This document shows, one piece after another, positions 38,557-50,946 of a DNA stretch of 64,000 bases. The notes beneath the pieces are model-generated. The model was not told the origin of the DNA and did no database searches. It saw only the letters and a program-made list of their open reading frames with translations. The first letter of the stretch is position 1, and each line of letters opens with the position of its first letter. Made by a program: the position numbers and the translations under genes. The stretch comes from Selaginella moellendorffii (Eukaryota; Plantae; Lycopodiophyta), in contig NW_003314289.1 in assembly GCF_000143415.4 (NCBI RefSeq), forward strand, positions 1,544,293 to 1,608,292. Direction: 5' to 3'.

Positions 38557-41242
38557 TTATATCACAGTTCCATCCTTTACTATCGAGTTCTTCACGACAA
38601 CAGTGATTCCAGAACGTATGTAGATTCCTTCGGATGGTCTCTCAGCCTCTTGCACACCCTGGTTGACCCACAGTGGTTGATGAGAGCTCATGAAAAAGGA
38701 ATCGAGAAAAACAAACTTACATCTGTGTTTGTGATAATGACATGGCTGCCGATCCTTGCGTTCTTATCAACCAAGCAGTTCCTGAGATCGAGAAAAAGGC
38801 ATTATTTAGCTTCAGTGACTATAATAACTTGTCATCCATGATTTACCTCATTGTTGTGTGCTCGCCCACACCAAGTGGAACTTTGCCCTGTGCTCTCAGT
38901 GCAGCAATCTCGGCCTCAGTTTCATAGGAATCAGCTCCCATTATGATGGTATCCTGTTTCAAAAAATTTAAGCAGTTCTACCTTTACCACTGTCTTGGGT
39001 ATGATGGAAAGGACAAACCTTAAGCTCTACACCAGACTCTAGCCTGGAACGGACGCCAATGAGTGAATGCTCCACACTGCAGGACTTTAGAAAGCAGCCG
39101 TGCGATACGATAGAATCTATAATCTGCACCGGCGACAAATCATGGTCAAGAATTTTTCTTCATGAGGCAGCCCGACTCTTACCCTGCATTTCTCCATCTT
39201 TGTTGGAGGCAAAAACCGCGGAGATGTGAAAATGGGATTGGAAGCATCGTAAAAGCTGAACTTTGGTGGCTGCAAAGAGATTTTTTTTTTGTATGAGTAA
39301 GTGTTTAACTGCGAAGTTCCAACTCCAAAGGCATTACCTGAGCAGTGAGAGCGAGATTAGCGTCAAAAAACGACTTAATAGTTCCAATGTCTTCCCAGTA
39401 GTCATTGAAGAGATACGCCTGCAATATCAAGTTTTAGGCGTAGAATGCAAGACAAAGCACACAAACTTCCCACCTGAACATTGTACTCGCTCGCTGCAGC
39501 GGGAATGATCTCCGAGCCAAAGTCATTAGAGGTAGGATACCGCCATCTAACAATGATTTAACAAACCGGAAAAAAATAGGTAAAATAAACCAATAAATTT
39601 GGAAGACTGATATCACCTGAGGAGTTTGAGGAGTACGTCTTTGCGAAACACGTAAATTCCCATGGATGCAATGTATGGCATCTTTTTCGCCTCCTCCCGT
39701 GAAAGACCCAACGCAGTTGTGTCAACTTGCTGTTGAACACGAAAAGAAAAAAAGTAAAAAGCACTTTCATGAGAAAGTGAAACAACTGAACCTCTTTCTG
39801 AAAAGCTTACCATTGCTTTCAGATCCATGCCTTTGGGCTTCTCGCTAAACGAGATGATCCGGCCCCTCGCGTCAGTCTTAACGAGCCCGAAATCCGATGC
39901 CCGGCTAAACAAAAAAATGAAAAAAAGAAAACAAGAAACGAATCGTCAAGTGCTCAGCAGAATGCCAGAAACAATTGAATAAAGTACGACAAAGATACTG
40001 TGAGAAACGACACCAAGTGTTCGCCGGAGCGGGCCACAGCTGTCCCCGCTAGCATTTTAACCTCTAGTGGTTCACTTGCATGGGAATTCTAAAAGGTGCT
40101 CACCTCTCGTCCACAGGAACACATGAGATGGTGATGTCTGCACCAGAGTCCTTGTGCTTCTGCGGGAGCAACGCCAGCCACCATACGACTGACATAAGTC
40201 ACACGCCACACAAACTGCGCGCAAGAAAACATACCTGGACAAAGTCCATGTAGTCCATGCGGTAGAGGTGATCACCGGAGAGAACAAGCACGTAGTCGAC
40301 GTCCTTGTTTCTCACATCCTTGTCATACAAAACGAAACCTCAGCATACGAGCCCAACACCTTGGAAATGGTAAAGAGTACCTCGAAAAGCCAAGTGAACT
40401 GCCTTACGGCGTCTGCGGTCCCTTGAAACCAATTCATACCAGACTCCCCTGGGGTTTGCGTTGCTGCCAGTACCTACATCAATCACACGCACAAAGATCT
40501 GAGACCAAACACTCCGTATAACAGATATTTCTAGCTCTTTCATTTCCTCCACCTCAACAAAGCCATCCCCAGCATTGATGAAGTTGTAGGTGCGAGCGAG
40601 GTGGCGGTTGAGCGACGCCGAGTTGAACTGCGTGAGTACGAAAACTCGGTTGATCCCGCTGTTGATGCAGTTGCTCATTGGAACATCGATCAAGCGGTAG
40701 CCACCGCCAATTGGCACCTTGAGGAACAAAGTGTGTGACGAGGAGTTAATACACACACGAGAAAGGAGAGGAAGAAAAGGTGTAGCTCTCGATCATACCG
40801 CAGGCTTTGCCCTTTGCTTTGTGAGGGGAAACAATCGCGTTCCAACGCCGCCTCCCAGGATGATGGAGACGACCGACTTGGGATCCACGCGCGGGGTCTC
40901 AAACACCGAGAATGGTAGCTCGACTTGCTGGAAATCAATCAAACAAGAGGAATCGATGCTTCCATAGGAGAAGAGGCTATACAAACTCACCTTTGCTTCG
41001 CGCGGGGGATAATCCACTAGAACAGCGGACGACAGAGCGGCATTCCCTCCTTTCTGGGCCGCCTGGCATTTGGCGATCCTCGGCTTGGATTTCTCGGGGA
41101 TCTTCTTGAGATGGAGAGCTGCCCCGAATAAATCGCGCTTGGCGAGCGACGAGCTGGCTGATTTGCAGGCATGCAGGTAGTCTTTCCTGCCCCCCGCACT
41201 GACCGATCCCATTGGACTGGAAGAAATCGCGGCGTTGGCCAT
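38557..41242 (-). CDS. APL: ADP-glucose pyrophosphorylase large subunit, plastid-targeted, multi-exon
   Basis: [61 protein letters not shown]-terminal KDGTVI. Confidence 0.95.
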
Positions 41243-42367
41243 GGATGATCTCCTCGAGCGAAATATCGATCAAGAACCCCCTGGCACGTTCCTCTGTTCC
41301 TCGCGAAGATCGAGACAAATAGCGCTCGCGTTGTCACCTCCTCACGGGCTGGGATGTCTGTAACACGAGGAAGGAAAAAAGAAAGCCGGGAGCCGCTCGC
41401 TGCTTGACACACAAGGCGCTACAGGACGAGATCACCGACACACCCTGCGCCTGGCACGCCGATCAATCCCTAAGCGAGAAAATATTTCGCTTTCGATCAG
41501 CAGCGGCATTGATCCATCGCTGGATCGCAAAGGATTTCTAGCGAATCGAGGAGGGGGGGAGAGAAGCCGGCTCTCGATCGATCGAGGAGTCGAAAATGGG
41601 GAGAGCGTTTGCTAGAAATCGTATAAGTAACACTGGCGCTCACCGCCAAAACGCAAGAAAAACAAAAAACCTAGCGCTCGTTCGTGATACGTCGCGGGTT
41701 CACATCCCACGCACATTTCTTCCACTTGCGAGAACATTCGGTGGCATATGCTGTCCCCGTTGTACGCGATTGGACGTACTTTCACTAGTTGGTAGGGGTT
41801 TTTCAGTCACATTTCCTTGATATTTTCCATGGAATCTCACAATGTGTGGTCTCTAAGCCCTAACCAATTGTGGCGCAACACTGTCACCCTCATCCCGTGC
41901 GTGTGGGCCTCTCTTTTTTGCCCTAGAACACTGCTAAATGAAAAAGAGAGCTACCTTTCAAACAAATTACATTTTCAACCCCGTTTTACTTCCCGGTGGA
42001 CGATGCCTATTGGTCGCGATTTGCCATCTTGTTGGTTGTTGTCATGCTTGGATTTGATCACGAGGACCTATAGATAATAATATTGTTTACTCAAACAACC
42101 TTAATACGTGATCTCATCTCGCAATCACACAATGAGAATAGTTTATATTATGGCCTTTAGCGCAGGGATCGCTTTCAGGATCATATGAATTCACGTCGGA
42201 TCCACGCCAGGTGTCGCAATACGATTGAATAGCATACTTTTCGTGCCTGCAATACAGTATTATACGTAAGATCTTTCCTGAAGAAGCATCGGGCCTCGCA
42301 GCACGTTCTGCATGGAGTTTCTTTTCTTGCCACCTTTTTCCCTCTAGCTCACGGGCGTGCACGGGCG

Positions 42368-42418
42368 ACGTGGCAACACCTTCGCCGACCACGTGTCTGG
42401 GCAATCCATTGACGTGGA
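42368..42418 (+). promoter_or_regulatory. Cluster of three ACGT (ABRE/G-box) motifs in the divergent APL / SPX-MFS promoter
   Basis: acgtggc at 42368, cacgtgtc at 42390, acgtgga at 42412. Confidence 0.45.
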
Positions 42419-42538
42419 CGCTGCCAACTGTCAGACGGTTTGCTAGATTGCTGGTCCCACCCGAAAGAGACATACAGGCCTATGATTCGCCCCCCTGAGA
42501 TCCACATTCTCTAGCCGCGAAGATTCGAGCATTGGAAA

Positions 42539-42649
42539 GAATATACACCACAATATCTGGGTATATTCGAATGATTATTGAATCTTCTAATATTCCCCAA
42601 CGGGATCGCGCCAAGTGGCGTAGCCCTAGCCGTCCGTTTTGGTATAAAA
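42539..42649 (+). promoter_or_regulatory. Two P1BS elements (GNATATNC) and the TATA box of the SPX-MFS gene
   Basis: GAATATAC at 42539-42546, GTATATTC at 42561-42568, TATAAAA at 42643. Confidence 0.7.
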
Positions 42650-43187
42650 GGGCGGCGACCCATGCGTACGACTGTACGTCATTGCTAAAACGAGTTGCTA
42701 TGAAGCTCCCCTGGAATTTTGAGTGGCCCGGCTAGGTTTTCCAGGAGAGCGCGCAGGCATTTCGATCGATCGATCGATCGATCTCACCGGCGATTGGCGC
42801 ACACGCGTTGGATCGAATTGATCGTCGTGGCGTGATTAGGTGATCTCGCGTGAATTTTCTAGCCTAGTTTTTGCTTTGAGATGCATGTGAAACTGGAGGT
42901 CTTGTTTTGTCCTGTTCGTAGAGGTCCCAGGGAACAGCTGTGTGATGTGAGCTCCTCTACCAAAAATTTCTCCCAGGATCCATTGTGTTCCTCCTTGCGC
43001 ATTAATTGCCTAAAGCGCTAGATCTTCTCTTCTCGGCCAATTCATTCCCAAGACATAGCTGGCAGTCCCTCATTGCGTACGCATTTGGGGCTTGATCTTC
43101 GGCGTGGCCAAGTCATTGAGCTTTTTGGTTGCTTTTCTTTTCTTCCAGTGGATAGTGGATTGCAACTATAGCAGGAGTTAAGGTATC

Positions 43188-45894
43188 ATGGTCCACTTTG
43201 GACATTATATCTTGGCGAACAGAATTCCAGAATGGGAAAGGTAAGATCACAGGAATGTCGAGGGAATGTCAACTCTAAAAATTTATGATCTTCTTGATGT
43301 TCCAGTCACTACATTGGCTACAAGGCTCTGAAGAAGAGGATAAACGAGTATGCATCTCGCGCGTCTCATGCTTCCTCGGAGGAAAGAGAGCAAATAATAA
43401 GCTCTTTTGCGCAACTTCTCGACTCACAGGTACCAAGTTGAGCTAGTTCTTTGCAAAGCTTGTGATTTTGGCACTCCTGTTTGGAAAGGTGGAGCGAATT
43501 GTGCTGTTTCTCATGGAGAAGCAAGGACTTCTCGCAGAAAAGCTGCTGAAGCTGGCCGAGAAGCAGGAAAAATCCCTTGCCGCCATGGAAATTGACGTGG
43601 AGGCTGCGACAAGCTATCACCTAATTGAGGAATACAGGCAAGAACATCTGTCACTTGAATTCACTGTGTAAACTCCGTGTAAACAACGCAGAGCTATTGG
43701 ACAAGAGCTTCTCAAGCTTTTGAACTTTGTGGAGATGAACACCACTGGCCTCAGGAAGATACTTAAAAAATTTGACAAGCGCGTTGGCTTTCGTTTCAGA
43801 GAACAATATCTGGCTTCCCGAATAAACCACCCTTATTCTCAACTACAACAAGTCTTCAAACAAGTGGTAAGTGTTCTACATTTTCTTCTGTTTCGTTGTT
43901 TTTCCTTCTCTCTCTGGTATTTATTCTTTACAAGCTTGCAGGGTATTGGAGCTCTAATGGGAACTATAGCTCAAAATCTTGCTCAGCTGAGCTCCGGGCA
44001 CAGTCACAGACAGAGTTACTTCTCTCTCTTTAGAAAGTCATCTCTTCCTATCGAGCATGAGCCTATAATCAAGGTCTGTATTGTCTCATCCCAAAACATG
44101 GAAATATAACACTACGTATTGAACAGGCTCTCGAAGGAGCACTACACAGGCTTACAAAAGAAGTGACTTTTATGTCCTTCGTTGCAAACGACCTGCTCTT
44201 ACCTGAACCGTCTGACCATGCTTTAGAAACTGCCGATGAGCGAGAGTTCCATTTTATGTCCGTCCAGCTCAACCTATGGAATACTTTCCTCTACATGGTA
44301 CTGAGATTGCCACATCCATGCTCTAAAAGTTCTAATCGTGGATCTTGTACCAGGCAAACTACTACATTGTAGTTCCCACTTCAGATGATTATGCCGAAAC
44401 TTTACACGTTCCTGGAACCATGAACGGGGTGATTATTGGAGCCATGCCACTGGCAGCACTTGTGTCTGCACTGGTTTATAGCTGGTGGTCGAACTTCTCT
44501 TACAGAGCTCCACTGTTTATAAGTACGCTGCTCTTGATGGCGGGCAATCTCATGTACGCGCTGGCGTTGCCCTTCCACTCGTTCTGGTTTTTGGTCATAG
44601 GACGTGCCTTGAGCGGGTAAACTTGCTTGCGACATTTTAATGTTTTCATATTTTTTTACGTGCTCGAGCCTTGTGTAACAGGCTGGGAGGTGCAAGGGCG
44701 ATCAACCGGCGATATCTTATGGATCATGTTCCTGTTAAGCACCTTACAAACGTATCAGCGTCGTTTGTTATCGCTAGCTCGCTAGGAATGGCGGCTGGCC
44801 CTGCACTTGCAAGCCTCCTCATCAAGCTAGACTTCCAGGTAAGCTGAAAGCATATCGATAGTTTATGAATGACTTCAACCTTTGAAACAGATGCTAGGCT
44901 TTCCAGTGAACCAATTCACAGCTCCTGGATGGGTGATGTTACTTCTTTGGGGAATATATCTGATTGTTTCACTCTTTGCATTCAAAGAACCAAAGCGGCT
45001 GAGCGTCAACCATGACACAGAAAACCAGGTTCACAGTGCTTTTGTAGATGATGGTTCGGATTCTGGCTCTGGTATCACTGACCCTTTATTGGGAGAAGAA
45101 ACGGTTCCGGCCAAAGGCAGGAAACCTGCTGGAACTATTTCAGAACTCTTCAGGGCGATAAATACACCAGTGCAGATCTTGCTCTTGGTGTATTTTATGC
45201 TCAAGTTTGCCGTGGAAATGTTGGTATCCGAATCTGGGATTATCTCCGAGTTTTACTTCCAGTGGAGCTCTTCACAGGTATGCAAACATTTGCAGATTTT
45301 TTAATATGCACATATATTTTGATCAGGTGGGATACTTCTTAGGAGCACTTGGATTGGCTGTGCTTCCAATTTGTGCAGTGGTTGCTAACTATATCAGCAA
45401 CACATTCGCGGATAGGTAGTAACACCTCTTTTTTTTTCTCACTTTTCTACGTTTTTTTCTTGTAGGGTCGTAATTTTTTGGACAGAGATTCTAATTGCAT
45501 TAGGAGTCATTGCAAACATCTGCTATTATCCATTATTCAGATATACCACAGTGCAATATGTTGCTTCGGCTATTGTAATTTTCCTTTCAACAAATGTGCT
45601 TGAAGGTTAGTCTTGGATTTCCTGGAGCTTTTATCTCACTTGGAAAAAGTTTCAGGGGTTAACATGTCACTTCTTTCCAAAGTAATGCCGTCGCGTCTAT
45701 CTAGAGGAGTTTTCAATTGTGGATTTCTTTCCACTGAAGCTGGGACACTAGCTAGAGCATTATCTGATGGATTAATATCTTTGGCTGGTAAAGCAGGAAT
45801 GGAGTACCTTCTTATTGTTACTATGATTCCAACTCTAGTGCTTGTCTTGGCAACAATTGCCTGCACCTGGATTGGGTATTATACACTCTATTAA
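43188..45894 (+). CDS. SPX-MFS vacuolar phosphate transporter (PHT5/VPT family), multi-exon
   Basis: SPX motifs [14 protein letters not shown] and [15 protein letters not shown]; MFS motifs [15 protein letters not shown] and [15 protein letters not shown]. Confidence 0.95.
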
Positions 45895-46249
45895 CCCATA
45901 AATATTTGCACTCTATTTTGAGTTTAAGAAATTGCATTTTGCTGTATAAAATACTGTATTAAACAATTTGAGCAATTAGGCCTTTAATTTGTATTTCTAG
46001 TTATAACATATGCTCTATGTTCAGATTTTCAGGTTTGCCTCGGTCACCTATACAAGGATTAAAATCTGCATAAATATATTTGTGGAAATTTTCTTCGGGC
46101 AATTTTCCCCAGTCTTGCATATATTTCATGTTTTTCTATTGCTAACTAAATATATAGCTTTTTTCGTCGGCAATGTATTTTACAAAACTATGAATTCATT
46201 TGTAACTAATAAATACTTTTTTCAGCTTTTTCCCTTAATATTTTATCTT

Positions 46250-47430
46250 GAGCGTTCTATCAGCAAACATATTGCTAATACCATCTCCATACCTGCGAGT
46301 CTCAAAGGCTCTAATCAGGTCAAAACTTCGCAGATGCTGTGTGGGCGAGAGGCTGGGATCTGGCTGCTAAGTCCAAGTCGCTTATGAGGTATGCTGGGAA
46401 ATTGGTCATGCCCAAGCTCCCTTTGACAAGGATTTTGTAGCGAGGAGGTGATCAAGACGCTGGTGGAGACACTGAAGAGGGATGTCGTCTCGATCTCACG
46501 CCGAGACCATCTTTGAAAAACTTGGCCATAGACTTGTGGGGACTGGGGACCGTAAGAAAAAAGGAACATCACATGAACAGCAGTTTGGAACTTTCAGGTC
46601 GCTTGTTTGTCCTTCCTTTCTCATCTGGACTTTGAAAAACTTTTGGTGTCCCAGAAAATGACATGGATATAAAAGCATTCAAATATGAAACTTGTGCCCA
46701 CACATTGGGCAGTCTAGTCTTCATCTCAACGTCACCTTTGAGGAGACAAGTTTTCTGCTTCCAAAGGCAACATCCCTTTAAGCTATTAAAAATGTCATTT
46801 AAATAAGTGCTGAAAATTACCAGTTAATATGAGATCGCAATCACTCATTGTTTACAATTGCGACCGACGAATTATAGCACCCAATCTCTCACGTGGAGGC
46901 CACATGTGCTCCTTGGCCTTATGTGCACAAGATAACCCACGAGACACACGCCTTTTCATTTGTGTAGACATTGCAATATGTAAAATAAAAGTAATTTGTC
47001 TTAAAATTAATCAGAAATATACTTTATATAGGCCTTTGGTGTTGCAATCTCTCGTCATATCTCCTTGGACTTTAGTCTTATTGTTGAGCATCCAGGGAGT
47101 ATAAATTGCCAAACCCCACAAAGCCCGAGAGGTTGTTGCAAAGAGCTGCTCGCTCATGTCCAAAACGTCCACCGGGCCAAGGCTCGCTTGCAAGTCTGCA
47201 AGAGAGGCACCAATGTCTTGTATCAGCATGTTGACACCTTCCACTAGTACCGGCTCGAGCTTCGATCGAAAAGCCACCACGTCATGCAGGAGGTCATGGC
47301 GCAGGATGTCCCTCTCCGCCTTACCAGAGTTCTCTGTTCCATTCCAGAAACATTAGGGCAGGGTGCCATTCCTCCCGCTCCTTTTCAAGGTGGAATCCAA
47401 AGTTTCCCCCGGTCTGTCCCGTTATGGTAA
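46250..47430 (-). pseudogene. Degenerate coding-like fragments of unknown family
   Basis: Protein-like ORF 47011-47280 extends upstream (CFWNGTENSGKAERDILRH) through a stop. A frameshifted GC-richer block lies at 46250-46560. Confidence 0.3.
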
Positions 47431-47722
47431 ATTAGAATGCTCATGCTCAATTATCTCAAGGAGCTCCTAAAGTTTTCTTCATGCTCCAGGTATTGCTGCC
47501 ATTGGGATGAGGAATGTAACCGCTTGAGTGAGCGTGACAACTATCAGTTCTCTGATCTTTCAATTTTGAAGTTCGTTAATATTGCAAGAATCATGAAAAT
47601 CTGGTAAGTTTTTCTTTAAAATGAGAGCTTGTGAGATTCGTTTTTCTGGTTCTTGGATGCAAGGTGCTTGAGGGCGAGCAGGAGTTCATGTTGCTACTTT
47701 TGCAAAAACAAAAGATGCCGAA

Positions 47723-47793
47723 TGCACTGCCCGGGAATCGAACCCGGGTCTGTACCGTGGCAGGGTACTATTCTACCACTAGACCAGCAGTGC
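47723..47793 (-). tRNA. tRNA-Gly(GCC)
   Basis: 71-nt cloverleaf, GCC anticodon, downstream T-runs. Confidence 0.97.
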
Positions 47794-47948
47794 TTAATTG
47801 ATATTAACACTAAATTGTTTCCGAGCCTTGAGGGATATTATTTCCATCGTTGGTCGAGCCAAAGGCAAGGGGGCGGAGCACGCTCGGAAGCAGTCCTCCA
47901 GGTCAGTGAGATCGCTTGCGCATCGCATCGAGCTCATTCCCCATCGCA

Positions 47949-49390
47949 ATGAGCGAGCGCATTGTGAGATCTTTGATGCAGGCCGTGGTGACCGTTGACC
48001 TTGGCAAGCTCGTCGAGACGCTGCTGGATCTCGCTTACAGCGCCCAGCATTGCAGGGAAAAATCCAAGACGCTGGCACTCAAGGTGGAGCTCCTCAGCGA
48101 GTCCATTGCGGAGCTCATCGAGAAGAGGGAGCACTTTACTCGAGAAAACTTTGGAACACACGTTAGAAGGCTCGAGGTAAGATCCTGTTGTTCTTCCAAG
48201 ATTTAAATGTTTTCTCTTCCCAGGTGGTGTTTAACGATGCTATCTATCTTCTCCGGAAGTATAGAAACGGTAGCATCTTCGTCAAGATCTTCAAGGCACC
48301 ACACTCCGAGGATGGATTCGACTCTATCAATCAGAGACTGGAGATTTGCATCCAGTACTTTGGATTCAGCCTGCAAGTCAGGAACGAATCCAAAGTCTCG
48401 AATCTCGCGGAAGAGAATCGGCAGCTGCGCTCCATGATCCAGTCCATTATCCAGCAGCAGCAGGTTGATATGAGAAGATTGCTCAGTGGGGAGCTAATGT
48501 CCGAGGAGAGAGATGCGGTGAACGCGATGCTGGAAGGACTAACTTTCGACGACGATGACGAGGTTTATGACGAACACACGCTGTGTGCCACTCTCGAACA
48601 GCCTGGTTCTTCTTCCGCAACGCGAGTTCTACTCTTATACTCGGAGGATCTTGGAGAGAAAGAGCTGGCCATTCTCAAGCGGCTCTCAGAGTCTCACGTC
48701 AACATTCTCCAGTTCTTTGGGACTTATGTGGATGGCAAAACGAAGTATGCTGTCATGGAGAGGCCGGGGAAAGAAATCTCGACGCTAGACGAGTTTATAC
48801 ACAACAAGCCAGAGCTCAAGGATGGCCACTGGAGTCTCAAGAAGAACTTTGCTCTGGAGATCGCCATGGGGCTGCAATACGCTCACGCTGTGGGTGTCGT
48901 CCACAAGAACCTCCGGAGTCCAAACATCTTCATCGACGATAGCCAGGATCTCCGTCCCAAAATATTTGGATTCAACCAAGGAAGGATTGAAGCGTTGAAA
49001 AGTGACAAGCGGCCGCAGAGCAAGGAGCAGGTCCGGTGGAAGGCTCCCGAGATGTTGCCGCAGGCAAACCGAGCGATCAGGCGCCCCGAGTATAGTTACG
49101 CGTGTGACATCTTCTCGCTGGGAGTCGTCATGTGGGAGATCGTCACTTGGTCGTTTCCATTTGAGCAGATCAAAGGGGTGCGAGGCGTGCTCGAGGCAAG
49201 GGCAAGGAGGGGAATGACGCTCGATTTCTCGGCTCTTCCGCCGGGGGATCGCTCCCCAGCGCTCCAGTCCTTCGTCCAGATTAGCATGGATTGCATGGAA
49301 GAAGATAGCGGCAAGAGGCCCAACGTTGACGAAGTCGTGGAGAGGCTGTCACAGCTTGTTCCAGAGGACATGACGTTTTCTTCTTTGTAA
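47949..49390 (+). CDS. MLKL-like protein: N-terminal four-helix-bundle-like domain plus pseudokinase (464 aa; intron 48177-48223)
   Basis: The helical N-terminus (CREKSKTLALKVELL...LLRKY..GSIFVKIFKA...FDSINQRLEICIQYFGFSLQV) fits the MLKL N-terminal pattern. Kinase motifs HKNLRSPNI, KIFGFN, WKAPE and DIFSLGVVMWE. Confidence 0.8.
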
Positions 49391-49799
49391 TCAATCGGCA
49401 CGTAAAATATAAAATATAAAAATAAAATGGAGAAATGTGCTAAATTATTGTAGCATCGAAGATGGGGCCAACCATTTTTTGTCTTTAAAGAAGTCAGAAA
49501 TCCTGTTTGATGATTTCGAGCATATAGGAGGCTAGTTGGAATAGCCAGAAAATCATAGCAGCAAGAAGGAGCTTGCGACCTTCTTGGGCAAGTTGGGCAG
49601 AATCTTTCAAGGCAATTGTGAACAGCTCTGACTAATTGTCAATGGTGTGGACCCCTTTCGAATGGCCAAAACAACTTTAATTTATTGCATTGTAATCCGA
49701 ATTGAAGTTTTCTTGTGAAAAAATCAACTGTGAAAACGTGCTTTCTAGAAACGGGGACTTCTTCTTAAGTAGAAAGAATTGTGGATCTTAAGTTTTGAG

Positions 49800-50909
49800 A
49801 TGTCGAACGGCAAGAAGTCTATTTTGCAGCCTTCAACTAGTGGTAGTATGAGCCAGCCACCATTTTCTGTTCAAGCCTTTCATGCAAACAATTGGTCAAG
49901 ATTGCCAAGTTATGACACACATGCCCAAAACTTGAGATCACGGAGGACAAGTGGTGATAACAGAAGTTTGAGTTTGCAGCCTTCAATTAGTGTTTACAGC
50001 AGACGAAGCAGTGCTTCCAGTGGCAACCAGTTCTATACTAAAAGTGATGGGTGGGCTGGATCATGGTTAAATTCGTCCAGATCTTCAAGCTTTTCAACTA
50101 CCAGCAGCACTAAAAGTGGATCTTCTGGAATCAGCCAAATTTCCGTCCAGGCTGTTGCTTCTACCGGACCAGTTCTGGAAAGGAGTGGTCACATCTTACC
50201 AAGATGCGGATTTAGCTCAAGGCCTCCATCTTCTGTTTCCGTCCAGGCTGTTTCTTCTGTTCCGGAAAGGAGTGGTCACGATCTTGTACCAAGATGCGGA
50301 TTTAGCTCAAGGCCTCCATCTTCTGTTCAAGCTTTCAAAGATGGTCACAACAACTGGTGGAGCCTAACCAGTGATGGATCTTCAGCTTCCAGCTTGCAGT
50401 CGGCTCAGAAGTCCTCAGCACCTGACTCAGCTTCAAGAATTAAATCTGCAGCGTCTGTCCAGAACTCGGGCAGAGCATTTAGACGTGATTTGGATCAGCT
50501 CACACACACAAGCAGCACCAAGTCTCAATTTAGCTCAAGGCCTCCATCTTCTGTTCAGGCTTTTAAAGATGGTCGCAACAACTGGTGGAGCCTAACCAGT
50601 GATGGATCTTCAGCTTCCAGCTTGCGGTCGGTTCAGAAGTCCTCAGCACCTGACTCAGCTTCAAGAATTAAATCTGCAGCGTCTGTCCAGAACTCGGGCA
50701 GATCATTTAGACGTGATTTGGATCAGCCCACATACACGAGCAGCACCCAGTCTCAGTTTAGCTCAAGGCCTCCATCTTCTGTTCAGGCATTCGAGAGTGG
50801 TCGCAATAACTGGCCCAGTTCATCGGCTTCAAGTATTAGACCTGTCCAGAACTCACATGGTTCGGGTATGAGAAGGTGGAGAAGGTTTTTTGTGTCCTGT
50901 TATTGTTAA
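49800..50909 (+). CDS. Orphan Ser-rich protein with internal tandem repeats
   Basis: Open frame of about 370 codons. The 90-bp and 228-bp repeat spacings preserve the frame. Confidence 0.55.
   Translation: MSNGKKSILQPSTSGSMSQPPFSVQAFHANNWSRLPSYDTHAQNLRSRRTSGDNRSLSLQPSISVYSRRSSASSGNQFYTKSDGWAGSWLNSSRSSSFSTTSSTKSGSSGISQISVQAVASTGPVLERSGHILPRCGFSSRPPSSVSVQAVSSVPERSGHDLVPRCGFSSRPPSSVQAFKDGHNNWWSLTSDGSSASSLQSAQKSSAPDSASRIKSAASVQNSGRAFRRDLDQLTHTSSTKSQFSSRPPSSVQAFKDGRNNWWSLTSDGSSASSLRSVQKSSAPDSASRIKSAASVQNSGRSFRRDLDQPTYTSSTQSQFSSRPPSSVQAFESGRNNWPSSSASSIRPVQNSHGSGMRRWRRFFVSCYC
50140..50815 (+). repeat. Tandem duplications with 90-bp and 228-bp periods
   Basis: tttagctcaaggcctccatcttctgtt at 50211, 50301, 50529 and 50757. 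Confidence 0.95.
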
Positions 50910-50946
50910 AAAACTTAAACAAGACTATCAAAGTCCATTGTAAATA

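Noticed and set aside
47640-47722. Possible tRNA-Gly/snoRNA dicistron as in angiosperms
   Set aside because: T-runs follow within about 10-20 nt of the tRNA, so Pol III should terminate there.
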